Origin: Bacteroidetes bacterium GWA2_40_15
GTDB taxonomy: Bacteria; Bacteroidota; Bacteroidia; Bacteroidales; VadinHA17
NCBI GenBank assembly: GCA_001768195.1
Contig: MENI01000112.1
Coordinates: 80,261 to 144,260, forward strand
Reading direction: 5' to 3'
DNA: 64,000 nucleotides
The translations under genes were made by a program, and so were the position numbers. This document shows, one piece after another, positions 56,265 to 64,000 of the stretch (within the stretch, counting starts at the first letter, position 1; each line of letters opens with the position of its first letter). Below the pieces are notes generated by a model. The model was not told where the DNA came from. It did no database searches and saw nothing but the letters and a program-made list of their open reading frames with translations.

Positions 56265-56321
56265 TCGCAGATGTGCGCTGATCTTAATCTCAGTAATCTG
56301 CGAAAATCAGCGTGATCTGCG
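56265..56321 (+). repeat. nested / interleaved inverted repeats immediately 3' of the helicase stop
   Basis: cgcagat (56266-72) pairs with atctgcg at 56296-302 or 56315-321. cgctgat (56276-82) pairs with atcagcg (56306-12). No T tract follows. Confidence 0.5.
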
Positions 56322-56396
56322 GGATGAATGAGTGAATGCAGAAGTATTGAAATTATTCCTTTAACTTTCCGGTAATAAAATAATATAAACACTCAA

Positions 56397-56531
56397 TGAT
56401 GAAATCATACCGTAAAGAACTCTGGTTTGAGGCTCCAACAAGGCGAGCATTCATAAATATTACCGGAAAGGTTCAGAAATATCTGACTGAATCAGGTGTT
56501 AAAGAAGGACTTATACTAGTGTTATGTTAGT
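56397..56531 (+). pseudogene. 5' fragment (about 40 codons) of a yjbQ-type gene
   Basis: [44 protein letters not shown] versus the intact gene's [45 protein letters not shown]... on the opposite strand 90 nt away. I count about 95/120 nt identical in a hand alignment. Confidence 0.6.
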
Positions 56532-56621
56532 CTAAAAAAGGTTTTACAGGCAACCAGTCTGAGGATGAATAAGCCTGAATTCATAACGATTCAGCCCTGA
56601 TGTTCTTTGACATACTGTAAA

Positions 56622-57038
56622 CTATTCCCCTATTATTTTGACGAGTACACGCTTACGACGTTTGCCGTCAAATTCACCATAGAAGATTTGCTCCCAGGGG
56701 CCGAAGTCAAGTTGTCCGTTTGTTACTGCAACGACAACCTCTCGTCCCATTAGTGTTCTTTTTATATGAGCATCGGCATTGTCCTCAAAACCATTATGCT
56801 GATATTGACTATAAGGCTTCTCGGGAGCAAGTTTTTCTAACCATACTTCAAAGTCGTGATGCAATCCGGATTCATCGTCGTTAATGAAAATGCTACTTGT
56901 TATATGCATAGCATTACAAAGTAGCAATCCTTCTTTAATGCCTGATTCATTTAGGCATTTTTGAATCTGTCCTGTGATATTGATAAATGCTCTTCTTGTA
57001 GTTGTTTCAAACCAGAGTTCTTTACGATATGATTTCAT
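56622..57038 (-). CDS. yjbQ: YjbQ/UPF0047-family protein (secondary thiamine-phosphate synthase type)
   Basis: 138 aa. [22 protein letters not shown]...[18 protein letters not shown]...[16 protein letters not shown]. Confidence 0.85.
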   Translation of the reverse strand: MKSYRKELWFETTTRRAFINITGQIQKCLNESGIKEGLLLCNAMHITSSIFINDDESGLHHDFEVWLEKLAPEKPYSQYQHNGFEDNADAHIKRTLMGREVVVAVTNGQLDFGPWEQIFYGEFDGKRRKRVLVKIIGE

Positions 57039-57544
57039 TGTAGTTTTTTTTGGAAAGGTAAAATCTTTTTCTGAAATTTGGTATCAGCAACATTTCCTTC
57101 GTTTATTTAGGGGCTTCCCTGAATTGCAGCGAGACACGCTTCCTTTGTCAGCACGAGGAGTATTCAATTAGGAAATGCCGCTTATTTTAAATCTAAAATT
57201 ATCTGTATTGCCTTTTTTATCTATTGGGAAAGCCTACCTGACTGAGCACCTGATTTTAACACAACTTTGCATATTGAGCTTCTATAAGTATAATGAGTAT
57301 GAACATTTTTCAATCATTACTATTTCTAATAAGAATGATATACTAAAATGTGAAGGTACAAATCAGGTTTTAAAAACACTAATAACTGTAATTATATTTT
57401 GTAGAGGTACATAACAAGATGGTTTTAATAGATCCCTTGAAATATAACTTAGTTAACGCAACCTATTCTTCATTAAAAGTATCATTCTTTTTGGGAGACC
57501 TGTTTTTGAGACAATTAGTCACATAATTAATAAATTATCAACGC

Positions 57545-58627
57545 ATGTCATCGAAGGTCACTTGTTACATTATTATTTTAGTAGCCTTATCAGGTTTTAT
57601 TTCAGGTGGTTGTGAGAAAAGGAATAGTGGCATTGAGACCCCTGTTGAGAAGATTCCTCTTTTTGCAATAAATAATTTTTATATGTTCCATATGCAGCAG
57701 ACACAGGTAGGCTGCTCCGCATATATTACTTCCAATGGAGTTTATGAAGTACTGGAAAAGGGTATGTGTTGGAGTAAATTTATACGTCCGACCGTATTTA
57801 ATAACAAAACCATAGACGGATCAGGAGTAGGAAGTTTTAAAACTTTGATTACTGGTTTATCTGCCAATTCAACTTATTATGCAAGACCATATGCTATAAG
57901 TAATCGGGACACTATTTATGGGGAGGAAAAAAGTTTCACAACACTTATTGAAGAAGATATGAACGGGGTTTTTACTGACAGCCGTGATTCAAATGAATAT
58001 AGATGGGTTAGAATTGGAACTCAGATATGGATGGCCGAAAATTTGGCCTATTTACCCTCCGTTAGCCCACCAAATGAGGGTTCTGTATCTAGTCCTTTTT
58101 ACTATGTTTATAATTATTATGGAACAGATGTTTTCGCAGCTAAGGATACTTATTATTATGCATTATATGGTACTTATTATAACTGGGAGGCAGCTTTGCA
58201 GGGTGAACCCGGCTCTGGAAAAGACCCCAGCGGGACAAGAGGAGTCTGTCCAACCGGCTGGCATCTGCCGAGTAATGCTGAGTGGGAAAAACTTAATGAT
58301 TATGTTAAGAATGATGGATATTTGGGACAAGTAGGATTGGTATTGAAATCAAAAAGTGGCTGGTTTATTGATAGCGGTAACGGTACCGATGAGTATGGTT
58401 TTTCTGCCCTTCCCAATGGTGGTCGTGCCGATGAGATGGGTGGCAAGTTTGGCAGTGGCGGTTTAAATTCTCATTGGTGGTCATGTACGGATGATGCCAC
58501 TCCAAATGGGTGGATGTGGGATATAACCCACGATGATTTGTGGAGCATGTCCTTTATCCATTACGATGAGAGCGATAAGAGTTTTGCGTTTGGAGTCCGT
58601 TGTGTAGGGGATAAGACGGCAAATTAG
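57545..58627 (+). CDS. FISUMP-domain lipoprotein (Fibrobacter succinogenes major paralogous domain)
   Basis: 360 aa. Lipobox FISGGC. DSRDSNEYRWVRIGTQIWMAENL, YNWEAAL, CPTGWHLPSNAEWEKL, GFSALPNGGR, WWS, VRCV. Confidence 0.8.
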   Translation: MSSKVTCYIIILVALSGFISGGCEKRNSGIETPVEKIPLFAINNFYMFHMQQTQVGCSAYITSNGVYEVLEKGMCWSKFIRPTVFNNKTIDGSGVGSFKTLITGLSANSTYYARPYAISNRDTIYGEEKSFTTLIEEDMNGVFTDSRDSNEYRWVRIGTQIWMAENLAYLPSVSPPNEGSVSSPFYYVYNYYGTDVFAAKDTYYYALYGTYYNWEAALQGEPGSGKDPSGTRGVCPTGWHLPSNAEWEKLNDYVKNDGYLGQVGLVLKSKSGWFIDSGNGTDEYGFSALPNGGRADEMGGKFGSGGLNSHWWSCTDDATPNGWMWDITHDDLWSMSFIHYDESDKSFAFGVRCVGDKTAN

Positions 58628-58708
58628 TGAAAGTCATTTAGCCTTGTTTAAATATTCCATTTTCGCTCTATAGGAAGAATGTATCTCCCCACTTAACAAA
58701 AAGAATGT

Positions 58709-58739
58709 CTGTCATTCCGAGCGCCAGCGAGAAATCTCC
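58709..58739. repeat. 31-nt intergenic repeat, copy 1 (ctgtcattccgagcgccagcgagaaatctcc)
   Basis: A direct repeat of it lies 60 nt downstream. Confidence 0.7.
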
Positions 58740-58768
58740 AATATGTTATAAATCAATATTATACAGCA

Positions 58769-58798
58769 CTGTCATTCAGAGTGTTAGTGAGGAATCTT
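58769..58798. repeat. 31-nt intergenic repeat, copy 2 (ctgtcattcagagtgttagtgaggaatctt)
   Basis: About 23/31 identical to copy 1. Most differences are C-to-T. Confidence 0.7.
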
Positions 58799-58862
58799 AT
58801 GCGTATTTCTCTAACTTACTTTGAAGTAATCTCTATAAATCTTTTTAAATTATTAAGGATCA

Positions 58863-60596
58863 CTACACCAGTCTCATATCCTTAATGATCCCATCAATTC
58901 TGTCATTAAGGAACTTCTCGGTAGCTTCGAATTTGTCAGCTGATTCAAGCTTTGTATTCACACTGAAATAAAACTTTATTTTCGGTTCAGTCCCTGAAGG
59001 CCTTACAGATATTTTCGATCCATCCTCAAGAAAGAATTGAAGCACATCGGATTTTATCAGATCGATCATTGTTTTTGTCCCCTGAACAATATCATGGGAG
59101 ATCTGTTTCTCATAATCGTTTATCTTTATTACTCTGCTATCATTAATCTTTTCAGGTGGATTATTCCTGTAATCTGCCATCATAGCCTTTATCTCATCAG
59201 CACCTTCCTTGCCTTTTCTGACTATATTAACAAGCTTCTCTTTATAGAAGCCGTACTTAACATATATCTCAAGCAGCTGCTCATAGAGTGATTTGCCTCT
59301 GCTCTTCGACCATGCTGTAGCCTCTGCTATCAGGGCACAGGAAGCTACAGCATCTTTATCCCTTACATATTCTCCGGGTAAAAATCCATAACTCTCTTCA
59401 CCTCCTCCGATGTATATCTTTTTCCCTTCATTCTCCCTTATCAGTTCTGCAAAGAATTTAAATCCGGTAAGTACATTGTAGTACTCAACTTTGTAATCCT
59501 CTGCAATTCTTTCAATAAGGTCGGTTGTGACTATCGTTTTTATAATATACTCTTTCCCGGTGTATTTATTCCTCTCTTTGTATTGTGAAAGGATATACCA
59601 GATCAGTAATAAACAGGTCTGATTACCGTTCAGAAGGATAAATTCCCCTTTCTTATCCTTAACAGCAATTCCGAGTCTGTCACCATCCGGGTCAGTAGCC
59701 ATCAGAAGTTCAGCACCTGTTTCAACTGCTTTGGCAATAGCCATCTTAAGCGCTCCTGGTTCTTCGGGATTGGGTGATTTAACTGTCGGGAAATTTCCAT
59801 CAACAACATCCTGTTCCGGGACACTTATAATATTATTGAATCCGAACATCCTGAGAGCGTCCGGAACCAATCTGACTCCTGTTCCGTGTATTGGGGTATA
59901 AACGATACCCATATTGCTGAATTTATTTATGACATAGGGATTGAGGCTCATTTTATGAACCTCTTTAAGGAAGAGATCATCTGTCTCTTTGCCGATAATT
60001 CTGATCTTGTCTTTTTTCCCGTCAAACCTTATCTGGCTTACGCTGTTAATCTTCCTTACTTCATCAATTATCCCCTCATCATGAGGAGCAACAACCTGGC
60101 CGCCATCGTTCCAGTAGGCTTTATAGCCGTTATATTCCGAAGGATTATGAGATGCAGTGATCACCACACCGCTCTGGCATTTATATTGACGAATTGCAAA
60201 TGATAGTACCGGTGTGGGCCGGAGAGAATCAAAAAGAAAAACTTCGAACCCGTTTGCTGAGAAGATATCAGCAGCAGTTTCCGCAAAAAGGCGGCTGTTA
60301 TTACGGCAGTCGTAAGCTATAGCAACCCTGATACCTGAATTACCGCACTTTTTTATTATATAGTTCGAAAGACCCTGAGTTGCCATACCCAGTGTGTAGA
60401 TGTTCATCCTGTTGGTGCCTGCACCCATGATCCCTCTGAGTCCGCCTGTTCCAAATTCCAGGTCCTGGTAAAACGCATCAATAAGCTTTTTTTCATCATT
60501 TTCCAGCATATCACGGACCTCGTTGCGGATCTGTTCATTGAATTCTTTACCAAGCCATGTACCGGCTTTTTCTCTGATCTTCTCAACCGATTGCAT
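58863..60596 (-). CDS. phosphoglucomutase/phosphomannomutase-family phospho-sugar mutase
   Basis: 577 aa. Catalytic-Ser loop ITASHNPSEYNGYK, metal loop ATDPDGDRLG, GGEESYG. Confidence 0.9.
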   Translation of the reverse strand: MQSVEKIREKAGTWLGKEFNEQIRNEVRDMLENDEKKLIDAFYQDLEFGTGGLRGIMGAGTNRMNIYTLGMATQGLSNYIIKKCGNSGIRVAIAYDCRNNSRLFAETAADIFSANGFEVFLFDSLRPTPVLSFAIRQYKCQSGVVITASHNPSEYNGYKAYWNDGGQVVAPHDEGIIDEVRKINSVSQIRFDGKKDKIRIIGKETDDLFLKEVHKMSLNPYVINKFSNMGIVYTPIHGTGVRLVPDALRMFGFNNIISVPEQDVVDGNFPTVKSPNPEEPGALKMAIAKAVETGAELLMATDPDGDRLGIAVKDKKGEFILLNGNQTCLLLIWYILSQYKERNKYTGKEYIIKTIVTTDLIERIAEDYKVEYYNVLTGFKFFAELIRENEGKKIYIGGGEESYGFLPGEYVRDKDAVASCALIAEATAWSKSRGKSLYEQLLEIYVKYGFYKEKLVNIVRKGKEGADEIKAMMADYRNNPPEKINDSRVIKINDYEKQISHDIVQGTKTMIDLIKSDVLQFFLEDGSKISVRPSGTEPKIKFYFSVNTKLESADKFEATEKFLNDRIDGIIKDMRLV

Positions 60597-60607
60597 ATTA
60601 TTAGGTT

Positions 60608-61474
60608 TTATTTAATGACTTTAAGACATTTAAGGAGACTTGTTCTCCAGTGAGGTATGTTGATATTATAGTTCTCTTTTATTTTGTTTTTATCCATTAC
60701 TGAATAGGATGGTCGCTTAGCAGCCTGCTGATAATCCTTTGAAAGAACAGGATTAACCTGACAGGTTAATCCGGCTTCTTTTATTATTTCAACAGCAAAA
60801 TCATACCAGGAACAAACACCTTCATTGGAATAGTTGTAAACACCTGCCTTGAAAGCAAAGTGATTCCTGATGACACCTGAAATTATGCTCATGATTGCTC
60901 CAGCCAGATCAGCGGCATAGGTTGGTGTGCCGGTCTGGTCAAATACTACCCTTAAAGAATCTCTCTCAGCACCATATCTGAGCATGGTCTTTACAAAGTT
61001 ATTTCCGTAAGAGGAGTAGAGCCATGCTGTTCTGATGATCATTGATCCGGGGTGAAGCAGTGCATATTTTTCGCCTGCAAGTTTTGATCTGCCGTATGCT
61101 GACTGTGGATTGGCAATTACATTCTCGTCATAAGGTAAATTCGAGTTGCCATCGTAAACATAATCAGTTGATACATGAATGAGCCTGCATTCAGTTCCTG
61201 ATATTGCTTCTGTTATATTTTTAACAGCAGAGCCATTTATGAGCATGGCGGTTTCAGGTTCGGTTTCAGCTTTATCAACAAGGTTATATGCTGCGCAATT
61301 GACCATCCAGTCGGGCCTGAGATTTCTGATGAATTCAGAAGTGGATCCGGGATTTGTAATATCGAGTGAATCAACATCTGTAAAGGTGAAATCATATCCA
61401 TAAAACTGCTTCGAGAGATCTCTCAGTTCATTACCCAGCTGACCATTTGCTCCTGTAATTAAGATACTTGCCAT
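60608..61474 (-). CDS. rfbD: dTDP-4-dehydrorhamnose reductase
   Basis: 288 aa. ILITGANGQLG, STDYVYDG, YGRSK. Confidence 0.9.
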   Translation of the reverse strand: MASILITGANGQLGNELRDLSKQFYGYDFTFTDVDSLDITNPGSTSEFIRNLRPDWMVNCAAYNLVDKAETEPETAMLINGSAVKNITEAISGTECRLIHVSTDYVYDGNSNLPYDENVIANPQSAYGRSKLAGEKYALLHPGSMIIRTAWLYSSYGNNFVKTMLRYGAERDSLRVVFDQTGTPTYAADLAGAIMSIISGVIRNHFAFKAGVYNYSNEGVCSWYDFAVEIIKEAGLTCQVNPVLSKDYQQAAKRPSYSVMDKNKIKENYNINIPHWRTSLLKCLKVIK

Positions 61475-61492
61475 AACCTTTTAATTGCCTCT

Positions 61493-62041
61493 TCAGAAGT
61501 TCTTTTCCGCTTCCCTGAAATTCGGATTTTTCAGATCCTTCGCGCTGATAATGGGTTCTGAATCACCTGTTTTCCAGTCAATGTTTAATACCGGATCATT
61601 CAGGTTAATTCCTCTTTCAAATGCCGGATTATACACATTATCGCATTTGTACTGGATAACGGCAATGTCGCTGAGAACTGAGAAACCATGAGCAAATCCT
61701 CCGGGAATAAGTAGCTGTTTCTTTTTTTCAGAGTCAAGTTCCACCCCAAACCACTTTCCAAATGTCGGAGATTCCCTTCTGAGATCGAGTGCCACATCGA
61801 ATATTTTTCCCTCTACCACCCGGATGAGTTTTGCCTGGGCATGTGGATTCAACTGGTAATGAAGTCCCCTTATTACTCCTCTTGATGACCTTGATTCATT
61901 GTCCTGCACAGGAATGAATGTAATGCCTGACTTCTGAAAACTGTTCTGATTGAAGCTTTCGAAGAAATATCCTCTGCTGTCAGTGAAAATATCCGGTTGA
62001 ATTATCAGCAGTCCCTGTAGCCCTGTTTCCTTGAAATTCAT
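61493..62041 (-). CDS. rfbC: dTDP-4-dehydrorhamnose 3,5-epimerase
   Basis: 182 aa. DSRGYFFE, RGLHYQ, QAKLIRVVEGKIFDVALDLR, GFAHGF. Confidence 0.95.
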   Translation of the reverse strand: MNFKETGLQGLLIIQPDIFTDSRGYFFESFNQNSFQKSGITFIPVQDNESRSSRGVIRGLHYQLNPHAQAKLIRVVEGKIFDVALDLRRESPTFGKWFGVELDSEKKKQLLIPGGFAHGFSVLSDIAVIQYKCDNVYNPAFERGINLNDPVLNIDWKTGDSEPIISAKDLKNPNFREAEKNF

Positions 62042-62054
62042 AGATCAGAACATT

Positions 62055-62948
62055 TTATTTAATTCCTTCATAAACATTTATCTCATCGTTGGCAATTCTT
62101 AAAAGGTATTTTCCGTACTGGCTGTTTTTGATTGGTTCAGCGAGTGCCAGAAGTTGCTTTTTGTCGATAAATCCCCTTTTGTAAGCTATCTCCTCAATGC
62201 ATGATGCTTTCAATCCCTGTCTCTGTTCCAGAGTGGCAATGAAATTAGCTGCCTGAAGAAGACTTTCATATGTTCCTGTATCGAGCCATGCCATTCCCCT
62301 TCCCATAAGTTTTATCTCAAGGGAGCCTTCATTAAGGAAAACCCTGTTGAGATCAGTTATCTCAAGTTCACCCCTCGCAGATGGTTTAAGAGCTTTCGCT
62401 TTGCTTGCCACACTGTTATCATAAAAATAAAGTCCGGTAACTGCATAGTTCGATTTAGGATTTGCCGGCTTCTCTTCAATGCTTATCACCTTTCTGTTCC
62501 TGTCGAATTCAACCACTCCATATCGCTCAGGATCAGTTACATAATATCCGAATACACAAGCTCCTTTCTTAAGTTCTGCTGTCTTCAGAAGGGCTTCTCC
62601 AAAGCCGTGTCCATAAAATATATTATCGCCAAGAATCATACAAACAGAATCATTACCGATAAACTCTTCCCCAAGGATAAATGCCTGTGCCAGACCATCG
62701 GGTGAAGGCTGTTCCCTGTAACTGAAGCTTAGTCCGATTGATTTTCCGTCCCCCAGAAGGTTATGGAAACCAGGCAGATCACGGGGTGTTGAAATTATCA
62801 GGATCTCCCTTATACCGGCAAGCATAAGAACCGACAGGGGGTAATAAATCATTGGTTTATCATAAACAGGGAGCATCTGTTTGGAAATAGAACTTGTAAT
62901 CGGATAAAGCCTTGTTCCTGAGCCTCCTGCTAATATTATTCCTTTCAT
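62055..62948 (-). CDS. rfbA: glucose-1-phosphate thymidylyltransferase
   Basis: 297 aa. [45 protein letters not shown]. Confidence 0.95.
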   Translation of the reverse strand: MKGIILAGGSGTRLYPITSSISKQMLPVYDKPMIYYPLSVLMLAGIREILIISTPRDLPGFHNLLGDGKSIGLSFSYREQPSPDGLAQAFILGEEFIGNDSVCMILGDNIFYGHGFGEALLKTAELKKGACVFGYYVTDPERYGVVEFDRNRKVISIEEKPANPKSNYAVTGLYFYDNSVASKAKALKPSARGELEITDLNRVFLNEGSLEIKLMGRGMAWLDTGTYESLLQAANFIATLEQRQGLKASCIEEIAYKRGFIDKKQLLALAEPIKNSQYGKYLLRIANDEINVYEGIK

Positions 62949-63054
62949 TGGTCTTTGTTTTATTCAGAGTTCCGGGTTACGTGCTTCTGGGTACTGGTTT
63001 CTGCCTTCAAGTTAGTTGTTTGCAAAGATAACAATACAAGTCAAATATGAAAAT

Positions 63055-63084
63055 GGCTTAAGGCTTAAGGCTGAAGGCGGAAGG
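63055..63084. repeat. heptanucleotide tandem repeat ggcttaa ggcttaa ggctgaa ggcggaa gg
   Basis: Four 7-nt units, purine-rich on the plus strand, in the rfbA/rpsA divergent gap. Confidence 0.85.
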
Positions 63085-63113
63085 ATGTTATACCCTATGG
63101 TACCATGGATCTT

Positions 63114-63143
63114 GAGCCCTGCGCCCTGAGCCCTGCGCCCTGC
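63114..63143. repeat. heptanucleotide tandem repeat gagccct gcgccct gagccct gcgccct gc
   Basis: Four 7-nt units (2 x 14 nt), pyrimidine-rich on the plus strand. It is separated from the first block by a spacer holding the 10-bp palindrome atggtaccat (63097-63106). Confidence 0.85.
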
Positions 63144-63265
63144 ATAATCCCATGAAAATCTACATTATAATTGTGATGATATTAAAAATTGTCATATCTT
63201 TGGAGCCAATTTTTTTCAATAAATAATGTCTAACTTATTAATTATTAGTTTTTTAATTTAAAATT

Positions 63266-64000
63266 ATGACTGAAAGTAAAAAGAAGACAACCAGGAAAGA
63301 GGTTGTTGAACGGGTTGACGGCGAAGTAATACAGCCAAAGAAAGCAAAAGCAAAAACCGTTAAAAAAGTTAAGGAAACTGATGATCTGGCTGCTGTTGAA
63401 GCGGAGATAACAGAAGTTCCTGAGAAGGCAACAGTAGCTGATTATGGTTTAGAATCTGAAGTTAAAAAGGCAAAGAGAACCAAAAGGACCAATGCAGTTT
63501 CCGATGAAGAAAATGAGGTCCACATCAAAGTAAGAACTGAATCAGGAAGTACAGCACAGGCTGAAGAGTTTGACTGGGATCGTTTCGAGGATGAAGAGCT
63601 TAGAAATTCACCCAAATACAAAGAATATGAATCCCTTTATGATGAAACACTCTCAACTGTAGCGGTTGATGAAGTGGTTATCGGTACGGTTATTCAGATG
63701 ACTTCGCGTGAAGTCGTCATTAATATAGGTTATAAGTCGGAAGGTGTTGTAAGTTTAAATGAATTCCGTTATAATCCGAATCTTAAGATGGGAGACAAGG
63801 TTGAAGTTTATGTAGAGAGCCAGGAAGATAAAAAAGGTCAGCTTCTGCTTTCACATAAGAAAGCCCGCGCAATTAATTCATGGGACAGGGTTAATGCATC
63901 GCTTGAGAAGGATGAAATTATTACAGGTTACATTAAGTGCCGCACAAAAGGTGGAATGATTGTGGATGTATTTGGTATTGAGGCATTTCTTCCCGGATCG
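63266..64000 (+). CDS. rpsA: 30S ribosomal protein S1 (5' part, runs off the window) with a roughly 100-aa Lys/Glu-rich N-terminal extension
   Basis: Absent from the track because it is open at the edge. Translation from ATG 63266 is stop-free for 245 codons. From residue 100 or so it reads EEFDWDRFE...VVIGTVIQMTSREVVINIGYKSEGVVSLNEFRYNPNLKMGDKVEVYVESQEDKKGQLLLSHKKARA...GYIKCRTKGGMIVDVFGIEAFLPGS, the canonical Bacteroidota S1 N-terminus. Confidence 0.9.
   Translation, partial: MTESKKKTTRKEVVERVDGEVIQPKKAKAKTVKKVKETDDLAAVEAEITEVPEKATVADYGLESEVKKAKRTKRTNAVSDEENEVHIKVRTESGSTAQAEEFDWDRFEDEELRNSPKYKEYESLYDETLSTVAVDEVVIGTVIQMTSREVVINIGYKSEGVVSLNEFRYNPNLKMGDKVEVYVESQEDKKGQLLLSHKKARAINSWDRVNASLEKDEIITGYIKCRTKGGMIVDVFGIEAFLPGS

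Noticed and set aside
57039-57544. 500-nt AT-rich gap upstream of yjbQ, checked for a TPP riboswitch and for a real gene (track ORF 57175-57414)
   Set aside because: I could not find the conserved TPP-riboswitch elements (CTGAGA / ACCTGATCTGGATAATGCCAGCG-like). The 79-aa ORF is Ile/Leu/Lys-rich, as expected from AT-rich non-coding DNA.

Overview
This window reads as a chromosomal segment of a Bacteroidota genome. The lineage evidence is a T9SS C-terminal sorting domain, a FISUMP lipoprotein, a DUF3822-rsmD pair and many Tat and lipoprotein signals. I support about 60 protein genes, one tRNA-Asp(GTC), two pseudogene remnants, several hairpin terminators and a set of short intergenic repeats. 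I saw no rRNA, CRISPR array, transposase or integrase.

Housekeeping genes:
- Left side: gltB (partial, open at the left edge and absent from the ORF track), zwf-pgl, csp and speA.
- Right side: rsmD, a RecD-like helicase, yjbQ, a phosphohexomutase, rfbA/C/D and rpsA (partial, open at the right edge).

The middle is accessory-like and holds the candidates I rank highest:
1. 14.5-20.7 kb: a SiaABC-type partner-switch module with no diguanylate cyclase. It has a RyR-domain PP2C phosphatase and a single polypeptide fusing a SiaB-like kinase to a SiaC-like (DUF1987) substrate. It is divergent from a TerB-like/ABCG-type transporter.
2. 35.0-38.1 kb: a tight three-gene operon. It encodes an Arg-type cysteine dioxygenase, a PLP decarboxylase carrying most of the cysteine-sulfinate-decarboxylase selectivity motif, and an orphan protein with an LRAT/NlpC-like His...NCxxFV arrangement. 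This is a candidate hypotaurine-derived pathway.
3. 38.3-50.0 kb: a same-strand thiol-redox island with seven CxxC thioredoxin-fold proteins plus DsbD, an AhpD-like domain, a GDCCVxC protein, YceI and TetR. It is headed by an ECF sigma factor and a soluble anti-sigma whose C-x25-H-x3-C-x2-C spacing matches RsrA.
4. 9.9-33.4 kb: six enzymes from normally cytoplasmic families carry twin-arginine signals. They include UxuA-like and enolase-superfamily dehydratases.

Non-coding structure that the genes do not explain:
- Intergenic 7-nt-period tandem repeats sharing a GC-NN-AAG / CTT-NN-GC skeleton, several starting exactly at stop codons.
- A mirrored 4+4 array of GCAAAG / CTTTGC words with 9-11-9 spacing in front of the helicase.
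- Twin AAGCAWWTGCTT palindromes around tetR.

All functional calls come from reading the translated ORFs and from recalled family motifs. No database search was run.
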